Shown one piece after another: positions 50,080-58,935 of a DNA stretch of 64,000 bases. Positions within the stretch are counted from its first letter, which is position 1. Each line of letters begins with the position of its first letter. Source of the DNA: an uncultured Gammaproteobacteria bacterium. Lineage in GTDB: Bacteria > Patescibacteriota > Patescibacteriia > Patescibacteriales > UBA12465. The notes beneath the pieces are model-generated. The model was not told the origin of the DNA and did no database searches. It saw nothing but the letters and a program-made list of their open reading frames with translations. The stretch spans positions 314,556 to 378,555 of the forward strand of contig CAZXEE010000001.1 in NCBI GenBank assembly GCA_964639785.1, in the 5' to 3' direction. The position numbers and the translations under genes were made by a program.

Positions 50080-51564
50080 ATGAAAATACCGGAATTTGTC
50101 ATCGAAATCATAGAAAAATTACAAGCTGGCGGCAAGAGCGCTTATTTAGTAGGCGGTTCCGTCAGGGATTTGTTATTGGAAAAAGAACCGAAAGATTGGG
50201 ATATCACTACCGATGCCCGGCCGGAAGAAATGCTGCAGCTTTTGCCTGGATCTAAATATGAAAATACCTTCGGTACAGTTTTGGTACCGATCAGGAATGA
50301 GGCCAATGATGTGGTAGAAGTGACTACTTATCGCTCCGAACAGGGCTATTCCGACCGGCGGCATCCGGATCAGATATTGTTTGAGGACAAGCTGGACAAA
50401 GATTTAGAACGGCGCGACTTTACCGTCAATGCCATGGCTTTGACTGAGGTCGGCATGGCGACTGGGATCGATCAGAAATATATCATCCGGATCAATGTCG
50501 GCGGGAAGGAGTATGAAATCGTTGATTTGTTTGGCGGGATTTCCGATCTGAAGAAAAAGATTATCCGGGCGGTAGGGGAACCATCGGAAAGATTCAAGGA
50601 AGATGCTTTGAGGATGTTGCGGACTATCCGTTTCTCTTGTCAGTTAGGATTTGAGATCGAGCCTAAGACCGAACGGGCCATTGCCAAATTAGCCGGAAGC
50701 ATCAAATTCGTTTCTGGGGAGAGGATCAGGGATGAATTGGTTAAGATTTTGTCTTCCGATCTGCCGTCAGAGGGGATCAGGCGCTTGTATGAGAATAAGC
50801 TATTGCAATATATTTTGCCGGAATTGGAAGCCGGGGTCAATCTCAAACAGCATTATCATCATATCTACAATGTCTTCGAACATAATATCTTGTCTTTGAA
50901 ATATTGTCCGAATAAATCCTGGCAGGTCAGACTGGCCGCCCTATTACATGATGTCGGCAAGCCGAAATCAGCCCGGACAGTCGATGGCCATGTCGCTTTC
51001 TATAATCATGAATATATCGGTGCCAAGATGACTGAGAGGATATTGAAGCGCTTGAAGTTTTCTAATGAGGATTCTTTCCGGATAGTCAATCTGGTCCGTA
51101 ACCATATGTTCTATTACAACGTCGGGGAAGTTTCGGCCGCTTCAGTCCGGAGATTGATAGCCAAGACCGGCAAGGAGAACCTGAGCGATTTGATCGATCT
51201 GCGTATCGCCGATCGAATCGGATCCGGCCTCAAGAGCGAGATGCCATACAAGCTGCGCCATTTGCAGTATATGATGGAAAAAGTCCAGAATGATCCCTTG
51301 TCAGTCAAGATGTTGAAGATTAATGGCAGTGACCTGATGGGAATATTGAAAATAGCCCCCGGCCCCAAGATTGGAGCTATACTAGATGTCTTGTTGTCCG
51401 AGGTATTGGAAGATCCGACTTTGAATAATCAGGAGTATCTGAGCGACCGCAGTTTGGAATTAGACAAGCTTAACTTGGAAGAATTGCGCGCCAAAGCCAA
51501 GGAAGTGATAAATGAGAAGAGACGGGAAGAAGACTTGGAAATGAAACGTGATTTTAAGGTTTAA
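50080..51564 (+). CDS. cca: CCA tRNA nucleotidyltransferase with HD domain
   Basis: VGGSVRD..KDWD, DLERRDFTVNA, EDALRMLR, LLHDVGK. Confidence 0.9.
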   Translation: MKIPEFVIEIIEKLQAGGKSAYLVGGSVRDLLLEKEPKDWDITTDARPEEMLQLLPGSKYENTFGTVLVPIRNEANDVVEVTTYRSEQGYSDRRHPDQILFEDKLDKDLERRDFTVNAMALTEVGMATGIDQKYIIRINVGGKEYEIVDLFGGISDLKKKIIRAVGEPSERFKEDALRMLRTIRFSCQLGFEIEPKTERAIAKLAGSIKFVSGERIRDELVKILSSDLPSEGIRRLYENKLLQYILPELEAGVNLKQHYHHIYNVFEHNILSLKYCPNKSWQVRLAALLHDVGKPKSARTVDGHVAFYNHEYIGAKMTERILKRLKFSNEDSFRIVNLVRNHMFYYNVGEVSAASVRRLIAKTGKENLSDLIDLRIADRIGSGLKSEMPYKLRHLQYMMEKVQNDPLSVKMLKINGSDLMGILKIAPGPKIGAILDVLLSEVLEDPTLNNQEYLSDRSLELDKLNLEELRAKAKEVINEKRREEDLEMKRDFKV

Positions 51565-51567
51565 TAT

Positions 51568-52092
51568 ATGAAAATTATCAAAGATTTTCCTGAATTTCGC
51601 CAGACATATGAATATGATTGCGGCGCTAGCGCCTTGCAGTCAGTCTTAGCTTATTACGATTTCGATATCCGCGAAAGCCAAGTCATGAAATTAGCTAAAA
51701 CTACCAAGAAGGAAGGGACTGCCCCTGACAATATCCTGAGGGCGGCCATGAAGCTGGGATTGGAAGCTAAATCGATCACTCCTTTGAGTTTGGATGAATT
51801 GTTTGCTTTCTTGGATAAAGGCCAGCCGGTAATCATCGCTCTCCAGGCCTGGTCGAAGAAGCCTAAAGATTATTCGGCTTCTTGGAATGACGGCCATTAT
51901 GTGGTAGCTATCGGCTATGACAGCCGGCGCGTCTATTTTGAAGATCCGGCAGCGATTAACCGGACCTATCTGAGCCATCGGGAATTGATTAATCGTTGGC
52001 ATGACTGTGATTCCAAGCGGCGGTACTGTAATCTGGGAATCGTGATATCGGGAAAGAGAAGAGCCAAGCCCAAGACAGAGCACATGGATTAG
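51568..52092 (+). CDS. Stand-alone C39 family peptidase
   Basis: RQTYEYDCG (Gln, Cys), GHYVV, FEDP. Confidence 0.85.
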   Translation: MKIIKDFPEFRQTYEYDCGASALQSVLAYYDFDIRESQVMKLAKTTKKEGTAPDNILRAAMKLGLEAKSITPLSLDELFAFLDKGQPVIIALQAWSKKPKDYSASWNDGHYVVAIGYDSRRVYFEDPAAINRTYLSHRELINRWHDCDSKRRYCNLGIVISGKRRAKPKTEHMD

Positions 52093-52102
52093 TGTAAAAA
52101 AA

Positions 52103-52133
52103 TAATAAGCCGAACTTGATGTTCGGCTTATTT
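52103..52133. terminator. Bidirectional terminator
   Basis: AATAAGCCGAAC-TTGAT-GTTCGGCTTATT. Confidence 0.78.
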
Positions 52134-52150
52134 TGTTTTTTTGCAATCAC

Positions 52151-52870
52151 TTATTGCTTGATGTAAGTTAAAGGATACTGCATCGGCTTGAATTCCAAAG
52201 ATTCTTCAGAGATGAAATAATTCATTTTTAGCTCTCCTTCAGAATCGAACTCAAAGCTTCTAATGATCGTAGTCCGGCCGTTTTGCCGAAGCTGGTGCTT
52301 GTATTTTTCGAATTCGATCTTTTGAGGTAGTTGAGTGATAAGACCGAAGCGGAACATTTTCTTTCCCCAGAGATCAATGATAACTAATTTGATTTCCGCT
52401 TCTTGATCTTTAACCCGGCCTTCTCCGAAGTAATCGGTGAACAACTCTAGGGTCTTAGCCCTTACCAGCCTAAAAGCTATCATATGCAACCTTATTCTTA
52501 TTGATCTGACAGCCATTATCGCGGTGACTATCAACGCGATAGTAGATATCCAGGCTCTTGTCGAAAAGGCATCCCAAAAGATAGCTACGGAGATGATGAT
52601 TGACAAGGTTAACAATGTCCAGGCGGCTGTTAGAATTTTGAAGACCACTCGGTTGTTTAATAGGATAGCGATAAACAAGACTAAGAACAGGGAAACTAAT
52701 CCGATGCTGGTTTTGATGGTAAAGGCATTCTGTTCGTTGATGTCGCTGATAATCATGATAAATAATAGCCATGATATTCCTAAGAAGAATTTTAACTCAT
52801 TGGAGAAAGAGTGGTCTTTGACCGCTTCTTGCTCTAAGATTTTTTTAAAAGAACTTTTTTTCATATCCAA
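52151..52870 (-). CDS. Hypothetical membrane protein (4 TM + soluble C-terminal domain)
   Basis: Long ORF with 4 hydrophobic segments; upstream TTGACT-17-TATAAA on the minus strand. Confidence 0.6.
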   Translation of the reverse strand: MDMKKSSFKKILEQEAVKDHSFSNELKFFLGISWLLFIMIISDINEQNAFTIKTSIGLVSLFLVLFIAILLNNRVVFKILTAAWTLLTLSIIISVAIFWDAFSTRAWISTIALIVTAIMAVRSIRIRLHMIAFRLVRAKTLELFTDYFGEGRVKDQEAEIKLVIIDLWGKKMFRFGLITQLPQKIEFEKYKHQLRQNGRTTIIRSFEFDSEGELKMNYFISEESLEFKPMQYPLTYIKQ

Positions 52871-53002
52871 TCGTTTTTGGGTTGATACTAGTACAAGATT
52901 GCTTTATTTATACAATGTTTCGATGATTAAGTCAATGATTGGGTCGGCTTGATGATTTGACTTAAAAGTATTATAATTTAAGGGTTAATATAATATAAAA
53001 AT

Positions 53003-53074
53003 ATGAAAAAGATAATTATTATCGTGTCATTTGCTTTGTCGGCCTTGTTTTTAGGTTTGGCCCTCTTGAGTTAG
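53003..53074 (+). CDS. 23-aa hydrophobic micro-ORF (MKKIIIIVSFALSALFLGLALLS)
   Basis: Start context AAAAATATG like neighbouring genes; signal-peptide-like; translated by hand. Confidence 0.4.
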   Translation: MKKIIIIVSFALSALFLGLALLS

Positions 53075-53086
53075 TGACTTAAAGAT

Positions 53087-53767
53087 ATGAATAAAATTAC
53101 TACTATTTTATCTATTTTATTATTAAGCTTGGCGCTTTCCGGCTGCGGCCGTCAGGAAGCTCCAGCCGTAAACAATATGGAAGGAAACAACCAATCAACT
53201 AGCAGTTCTACTGCACATTTGAATACCGATGATATTTCGGCTACCAGTTCTGACAAGGCTTTGCCGGGTCAGAAGGACTTATATTCTAAGTATAAGGAAG
53301 CAACCATTAAGACTAATTATGGCGATATCACTGTCGAGTTCTATGGCGAGGATTCTCCGATAACGGTTAACAATTTCATGAACTTGGCGGCTGAAGGCTA
53401 CTACAATAATATTAAGTTCCATAGAGTCATCAAGGACTTCATGATCCAGGCCGGCGATCCTAATACCAAGGGTAGCGACAAGCTGACTTATGGTACTGGC
53501 GGTCCGGGCTATGCTTTTGCTGATGAGTTCAACAACCATAAGTTAGTCCGAGGCAGCTTGGCTATGGCTAATGCCGGAGCGGATACTAACGGTTCCCAGT
53601 TCTTTATAGTCACAGCCGAATCAACTCCTTGGCTGGATGGCAAGCATACTAATTTTGGCCGGGTGATTTCTGGTATGAAGGTCGTAGATAAGATTGAAGA
53701 TTTGTCGACTGACGAAAGAAGCCTGCCTTTGAAGGATGCGATTATCAAGAGCATCGAATTAAAATAG
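53087..53767 (+). CDS. Cyclophilin-type peptidyl-prolyl isomerase, lipoprotein
   Basis: LSGC lipobox; FHRVI..FMIQAGDP, AMANAG..TNGSQFFI, WLDGKHT.FG. Confidence 0.93.
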   Translation: MNKITTILSILLLSLALSGCGRQEAPAVNNMEGNNQSTSSSTAHLNTDDISATSSDKALPGQKDLYSKYKEATIKTNYGDITVEFYGEDSPITVNNFMNLAAEGYYNNIKFHRVIKDFMIQAGDPNTKGSDKLTYGTGGPGYAFADEFNNHKLVRGSLAMANAGADTNGSQFFIVTAESTPWLDGKHTNFGRVISGMKVVDKIEDLSTDERSLPLKDAIIKSIELK

Positions 53768-53768
53768 T

Positions 53769-54920
53769 ATGAAGGTCTATTTGGATAATGCCGCTACCAC
53801 CAAGATCGATCCGCGCGTCCTTGCTAAGATGAAGCCGTATTATGCCAAGCACTATGGCAATGCTTCATCGATCCATGCCCTGGGGCAGGAGAATGATCTC
53901 TTGATCAAATCATGCAAGGAAAAGATTGCCAAAGTCTTCCATGGTGCAGCTGACAATATTATCTTTACTTCTTCAGCTACCGAGGCCAACAACTTTATCA
54001 TCAAAGGAGTGATGCGGGCTAACAATGCCAAGGGCAAGCACTTGATCGTTTCAGCTATAGAGCATCCTTGCGTCTTGAATTCAGCTCGGGAGTTGGCTGA
54101 AGAAGGCTATTCAGTCGATTACCTGCCAGTAGATTCTGATGGCTTGGTTAAGATGGATGAGCTGGAGAAAATGATCAGGCCGGAAACTGTCTTGGTGTCA
54201 GTCATGGCGGTCAACAATGAAATCGGAGTCATCCAGGATCTGGCTAAGATCTCTGAGCTGGTCCACCTTAAGGGGGCCCGTCTCCATGTCGATGCTGTCC
54301 AATCAGTGCCATACCTCAACCTAGATATCAAGAAATTGAAAATAGATTTCATGAGCCTGTCAGCCCATAAGTTCTATGGACCATTGGGAGTCGGTTTGGC
54401 TTTTATTAATCCGGAAGTGAAGATCAATCCTCTGATTGTCGGCGGCGGACAGGAAAACGGCTTGAGAGCTGGAACCTACAATGTGCCGGGAATTGTCGGC
54501 ATGACTGAGGCTTTACTGCTGAGTTATAAAGAGCGAACGGCTTATATCAAGAGAGTCAAAGCTTTGCGGGATTATTTCTGGAATCGGATCAAGAAGGAAA
54601 TTCCAGACGCCTATATCAACGGTTCGATCAAGCACCGAACTCCTAATAACCTGAATGTCCGTTTTCGGCGGATCGAGGGAGAGGCTATCCTGATGGATCT
54701 GTCCTTCAAGGGAATTTATGTCTCGACCGGTTCAGCTTGTTCGGCTCAGAATCTGAAAGTTTCTTCCACCCTGAAAGCTATCGGCTTGGATCCGAATGAT
54801 ATGAATAGCAATATCCGTTTTTCTCTGGGACGCTATAATGCCAAGCCGGAGATCGATTATACTATGAAGTGCTTGAAGGAAACGGTAAAACGTCTCCGGA
54901 TGTTTACCCCTATCGTTTAA
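53769..54920 (+). CDS. iscS: Cysteine desulfurase (IscS/NifS)
   Basis: YLDNAATT, NNEIG, SAHKFYG, STGSACS. Confidence 0.93.
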   Translation: MKVYLDNAATTKIDPRVLAKMKPYYAKHYGNASSIHALGQENDLLIKSCKEKIAKVFHGAADNIIFTSSATEANNFIIKGVMRANNAKGKHLIVSAIEHPCVLNSARELAEEGYSVDYLPVDSDGLVKMDELEKMIRPETVLVSVMAVNNEIGVIQDLAKISELVHLKGARLHVDAVQSVPYLNLDIKKLKIDFMSLSAHKFYGPLGVGLAFINPEVKINPLIVGGGQENGLRAGTYNVPGIVGMTEALLLSYKERTAYIKRVKALRDYFWNRIKKEIPDAYINGSIKHRTPNNLNVRFRRIEGEAILMDLSFKGIYVSTGSACSAQNLKVSSTLKAIGLDPNDMNSNIRFSLGRYNAKPEIDYTMKCLKETVKRLRMFTPIV

Positions 54921-54938
54921 TAAATTAATCAATAATAT

Positions 54939-55418
54939 ATGTCATTGAATTATACTAAGAAAACTATCAGCCATTTTTTGCATCCGCAGAATCTTGGAGA
55001 TATCAAGGATGCTGATGCTCGGGCTAGCGTCGGTAATATGGTTTGCGGCGACCAGTTAGCTTTTTCCATCAAGGTTAAGGATGGGATCATCAAGGATATC
55101 AAATTCTTATCTTTCGGTTGCGCTTCCAATATCGCCACCGCTTCAGTTTTGACCGAGAAGGTCAAAGGAACTCCGATTGCCAAGGCGAAGAGTTTGGATT
55201 GGGAGAAGATCGTCAAAGAGCTGGGCGGATTGCCTAATCAGAAGATCCATTGTTCTATCCTGGCGGTTGAAGGCTTAAGGAAGGTTATCGCTGAATATGA
55301 GTCAGCTCATCCTGAAACTTCGATCAAGGTCCGGAAAGTGGTTAAGAAAGCTGCTCCGAAGACAGTTAAGAAAGTTGCTACCAAGACAGTTAAGAAGATA
55401 GTTAAAAAAACTAAATAA
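54939..55418 (+). CDS. iscU: Fe-S scaffold IscU/NifU with Lys-rich tail
   Basis: VCGD, FGCAS, KIHCS. Confidence 0.9.
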   Translation: MSLNYTKKTISHFLHPQNLGDIKDADARASVGNMVCGDQLAFSIKVKDGIIKDIKFLSFGCASNIATASVLTEKVKGTPIAKAKSLDWEKIVKELGGLPNQKIHCSILAVEGLRKVIAEYESAHPETSIKVRKVVKKAAPKTVKKVATKTVKKIVKKTK

Positions 55419-55424
55419 TCATTT

Positions 55425-56012
55425 ATGTTTAATTTACCATCTTTGCCTTTCGCTCCTAATGCTCTGGAGCCCCATATCTCGGCTCGGACTTTAGAGTTCC
55501 ATCATGGCAAGCATCACCAGGCTTATATCGATAACTTGAACAAGTTGATAGCTGGAACCGATCTGGAGGCTAAGAGTCTGGAGGAGATTATCGTTTTGAC
55601 TTCTGGTCAAGCGGAAAAAGCGGCTATTTTTAATAATGCGGCTCAGGCTTATAACCATGATTTCTATTGGCAGAGCCTTCATCCGGATAATGTTAAGCCA
55701 TCGGCTGAAATGAGCGATTTGCTCGTTTCTAGCTTCGGTAGTTTTGAGTCTTTTGCTGAACAATTCTTGGCGGCTGCCTTGGGACAATTCGGTAGCGGCT
55801 GGGCTTGGTTGGTTCTGGAAGAAGGGAAGCTGAAGATAGCCAAGACGGCTAATGCTGACACTCCAGTTGCTCATGGCCAGAAACCGCTATTAGTGATCGA
55901 TGTCTGGGAGCATGCTTATTATCTCGATTACCAGAATCGTCGCGGCGATTATGTCAAAGCTATCATCGATAATCTTTTGAACTGGAATTTCGCTGAAGCT
56001 AACCGGAAATAA
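55425..56012 (+). CDS. sodB: Superoxide dismutase, probably Fe-type
   Basis: HHGKHH, FNNAAQAYNH, FGSGWAW, DVWEHAYY. Confidence 0.9.
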   Translation: MFNLPSLPFAPNALEPHISARTLEFHHGKHHQAYIDNLNKLIAGTDLEAKSLEEIIVLTSGQAEKAAIFNNAAQAYNHDFYWQSLHPDNVKPSAEMSDLLVSSFGSFESFAEQFLAAALGQFGSGWAWLVLEEGKLKIAKTANADTPVAHGQKPLLVIDVWEHAYYLDYQNRRGDYVKAIIDNLLNWNFAEANRK

Positions 56013-56021
56013 TAAATACGT

Positions 56022-56705
56022 ATGACTAAAAGTAAATATCAAAGTCCATATTCGAAAATCAAGCCGAAGATCCGCCGGCCTTATACCATCATCTACCTAG
56101 TCCGCCATTGTAATCCTGATTATGGCAGCGAGCATCTGGTGGGCGATTTCAATATGCCTCTTTCTGAAATCGGTTTGAAGCAACGGGAATATCTGACCAC
56201 CCGCCTTTTGGAGATGCAGATCGACAAGGTGTATAGCAGTGAACTGTTGCGAGCCCAGGAAACGGTCCGACCTTTTGCGCGCCAGACTGGCAAGAAGGTA
56301 ATTATTGATAACCGTTTGAATGAAATCGACTGGCGGGATTGGTATCGGGTCAAATATTTCAACATGAGCGAAACGACCCGAGCAAAGCGCTTCAAGCAAT
56401 ATGAGAAGTTGGATAAAGAGTTGGATAAGATGCAGACTATCGGACGCCGCTTGATCGCCGATATCTACAAACACAACAAAGGGAAGTCGGTCGCTCTGTT
56501 CTGCCATGGCAACATTATCAAATCCATGATCACTAGCATTCTGGATGCCGATGTCATCGGTTTCTTGTCTATGGAAATCTTCCAGTCGTCGATCAGCAAG
56601 TTAGTGATCGATCGCGATGGTTATATCAAGATCAATTACATCAATAATATCGGCCATCTGCCGCACGAACCGAACGAAGATCTATTCATTACTTTGGTAG
56701 AGTAA
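56022..56705 (+). CDS. Histidine phosphatase family protein
   Basis: LVRHC, SS.LLRAQET, LNE, CHG. Confidence 0.85.
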   Translation: MTKSKYQSPYSKIKPKIRRPYTIIYLVRHCNPDYGSEHLVGDFNMPLSEIGLKQREYLTTRLLEMQIDKVYSSELLRAQETVRPFARQTGKKVIIDNRLNEIDWRDWYRVKYFNMSETTRAKRFKQYEKLDKELDKMQTIGRRLIADIYKHNKGKSVALFCHGNIIKSMITSILDADVIGFLSMEIFQSSISKLVIDRDGYIKINYINNIGHLPHEPNEDLFITLVE

Positions 56706-56712
56706 TCCAGCT

Positions 56713-56765
56713 TGTTGATAAGTTGTGGGTAGCTTAATTGAGAAAATTAAATAAACTGTGAATAA
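56713..56765 (-). promoter_or_regulatory. DnaA-box-like nonamers upstream of mraZ
   Basis: TTATTCACA (56757-65), TTATCAACA (56713-21), CTACCCACA (56724-32), all on the minus strand. Confidence 0.45.
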
Positions 56766-56823
56766 ATAGGGAAAAATGCAAATTTATCCCTATTTTTTGT
56801 TATTTTTAGCCGAAAACTAGATG

Positions 56824-56886
56824 TTGACGCTAGGCCTCTGGTGGTGTATAATTATAGTATTAAGGTGAATTGTGGGGACGAGTGGT
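56824..56886 (+). promoter_or_regulatory. dcw promoter with MraZ-type GTGG repeats
   Basis: TTGACG-17bp-TATAAT; GTGG at 56872 and 56882 (10-bp period). Confidence 0.65.
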
Positions 56887-56911
56887 GAATCACCAATAAT
56901 GCTATCCAAAT

Positions 56912-57343
56912 ATGTTTATCGGCGAATACAACCATACTCTTGATGACAAAGGCAGATTAGCTATACCAGCTAAGTTTCGCGCTATCCTGAAAAAGGGAGC
57001 GGTCGTAACTCGCGGTTTAGATAACTGCTTATTTTTGTATACCAAAGAACAATGGGGAAAGATGGCGGCTCGTTTTGCCGCTTTGCCGATCAGCCAATCC
57101 AAGAGCCGAGCTTTCGCCCGTCATTTCTTGGCTGGAGCTATGGATTTGGAATTTGATAACCAGGGAAGAATCACTTTGCCGGAATATTTACGTCAGTTTT
57201 CTAGCTTGAAGAAGAAAGTGATCATTACCGGCTTATATAACCATTTGGAAATCTGGGATGAGGCTGCTTGGGATAAGTACAAGGCTGAGACTGAGAAGAA
57301 CAGCAATTCTATCGCCGAGGAACTGGGTGATTTGGGAATCTAA
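56912..57343 (+). CDS. mraZ: Transcriptional regulator MraZ
   Basis: MFIGEY.HTLDDKGR, DNQGRI, EIWD. Confidence 0.96.
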   Translation: MFIGEYNHTLDDKGRLAIPAKFRAILKKGAVVTRGLDNCLFLYTKEQWGKMAARFAALPISQSKSRAFARHFLAGAMDLEFDNQGRITLPEYLRQFSSLKKKVIITGLYNHLEIWDEAAWDKYKAETEKNSNSIAEELGDLGI

Positions 57344-57354
57344 TATTTAACAAC

Positions 57355-58299
57355 ATGACTTACCACCACATTCCGGTCATGCTCCAAGAGGTCTTAGAGA
57401 ATCTTGATCCGAAACCGGGAGAATATTTCTTTGATGGGACTTTGGGCGGAGCGGGTTATACGATGGCCCTGGCCCGGAAAGTGGGAAACGCCGGCCGAGT
57501 CATAGCTACTGATCTGGATGAGAAAGCTATCGCTAATGCTCAGGAATTGATAGCCAAAGAAAAGATAGAAAATATTATTTTAGTCCAAGATAATTTTAGG
57601 AATTTAGAAAATATCGTTCATCAAAATTTAGGCGCCGATATCAAGCTAGACGGAATAGTCATGGATCTCGGTCTGTCATCGGCTCAGGTCGATGAAGCGG
57701 AACGCGGCTTTTCCTTCTTGAAGACAGCCCCTCTGTCATTAGCCTTTAACCAGAAGGAGGATAAGAATGCCGCCTATCTGGTTAACAATCTATCAGAGAA
57801 GGAGCTTGTCCGGATCATCAGCCTATATGGAGAAGAGAAGTTCGCTTTCAAGATCGTTAAGAATATAATCGCAGCTCGGAAGCAGAAAGAGATCGAAACT
57901 ACCACTGAATTAGCGGATATCGTTTCTGCTTCAGTTCCAGCTTCCGTCCGTTTCCGTAAGATCCATCCGGCTACCAAGACTTTCCAAGCTTTGCGCTTGG
58001 CAGTCAATCAGGAATTAGAAAGTTTGGAAGAAGCTTTGCCTCAGGCCATCAGATTATTGAAACCGGGCGGAAGATTAGCGATCGTTTCTTTCCATAGCTT
58101 GGAAGATCGGATCGTCAAGAATTTCTTCCGAGAACAAGCTCGAACTTGTATCTGTCCGCCGGAAACGATGATCTGCAATTGCCATCATCAGCCGGAGGTC
58201 AAGATCATTACCAAGAAAGTCCTGATTCCGAGCGAATCGGAAATCAATGCCAATCCTCGAGCCCGCAGTGCCAAGCTCCGGGTCGCTGAAAAAAATTAA
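57355..58299 (+). CDS. rsmH: 16S rRNA m4C1402 methyltransferase
   Basis: HIPVM, DLGLSS, HPATKTFQALR, SFHSLEDR, NPRARSAKLR. Confidence 0.96.
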   Translation: MTYHHIPVMLQEVLENLDPKPGEYFFDGTLGGAGYTMALARKVGNAGRVIATDLDEKAIANAQELIAKEKIENIILVQDNFRNLENIVHQNLGADIKLDGIVMDLGLSSAQVDEAERGFSFLKTAPLSLAFNQKEDKNAAYLVNNLSEKELVRIISLYGEEKFAFKIVKNIIAARKQKEIETTTELADIVSASVPASVRFRKIHPATKTFQALRLAVNQELESLEEALPQAIRLLKPGGRLAIVSFHSLEDRIVKNFFREQARTCICPPETMICNCHHQPEVKIITKKVLIPSESEINANPRARSAKLRVAEKN

Positions 58300-58321
58300 A
58301 TATAAATTTAAATATAAATAT

Positions 58322-58636
58322 ATGGGACAGATCAGCCCGAAAAAATCAAATAATTTCAAAGTCAAATTGACTAACTTATTCTTAGCCACTTTGATACTGA
58401 CAGTTGGCGGCTTTTATCTGGCTAGCATGAATAATTTGGTAGTGAAGGGTTTTGAATTGAATAAGTTGAAACGCCAGTCCGAGTCTTTGGCTAACGAGAA
58501 CAAGGAAATCAGCGCTCGGAAAGTGGCTTTGGAATCATATCGTAACATTGATAGCAAATTGCGCGACCTGAACATGGTAGCTATCGACAAGATCGAGTAT
58601 CTGAACGCTTCGACTGAAGTTATCGCGAAGAAATAG
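58322..58636 (+). CDS. FtsL-like bitopic coiled-coil protein
   Basis: Position between rsmH and the PBP gene; short N-terminal tail, TM, leucine coiled coil. Confidence 0.7.
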   Translation: MGQISPKKSNNFKVKLTNLFLATLILTVGGFYLASMNNLVVKGFELNKLKRQSESLANENKEISARKVALESYRNIDSKLRDLNMVAIDKIEYLNASTEVIAKK

Positions 58637-58639
58637 ATA

Positions 58640-58694
58640 TCTAGGCCATAGCTCATAGGGTTCGACCTCTTTGCTCTATGAATTATGGTCTAGA
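58640..58694 (+). other. Long intergenic stem-loop
   Basis: TCTAGGCCATAGCTCATAGGG / CTCTATGAATTATGGTCTAGA arms with G-U pairs on +. Confidence 0.65.
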
Positions 58695-58732
58695 GATTCC
58701 GGTTCAATATAAATCTAATCGGATTTAAATAT

Positions 58733-58903
58733 ATGGAGCAGGCAAATCCTAAAAAAAGACGGAGCCTGGAAACCAGTCTGATCAATCTGATCCTGGTCAT
58801 CCTGTTCTTCGTTTCCGGCGGACTTTACTTCATTGGCCTCAACCAGATAGTGGATAGATGTTTAGAGCAGAACCTGGTGACGATAGTGAGCGCTAATAAT
58901 TAA
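58733..58903 (+). CDS. 56-aa truncated paralog of the FtsL-like protein
   Basis: Hand translation MEQANPKKRRSLETSLINLILVILFFVSGGLYFIGLNQIVDRCLEQNLVTIVSANN aligns with the N-terminus of the upstream gene. Confidence 0.6.
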   Translation: MEQANPKKRRSLETSLINLILVILFFVSGGLYFIGLNQIVDRCLEQNLVTIVSANN

Positions 58904-58935
58904 TTTCCGGCTATCAAAGAGGGTATCATTCGCTT

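Noticed and set aside
52437-52952. 171-aa plus-strand ORF
   Set aside because: Antisense shadow of the membrane protein at 52151-52870, which has a promoter and TM pattern
53072-53077. Stop-codon read-through or genetic code 25
   Set aside because: Two consecutive different stops; TGA ends genes normally elsewhere and conserved genes have no internal TGA
56706-56800. oriC
   Set aside because: Only one consensus DnaA box, a short region, and no dnaA or dnaN in the window
58640-58694. tRNA (contains GGTTCGA)
   Set aside because: Folds as one long hairpin; no cloverleaf, anticodon arm or acceptor end
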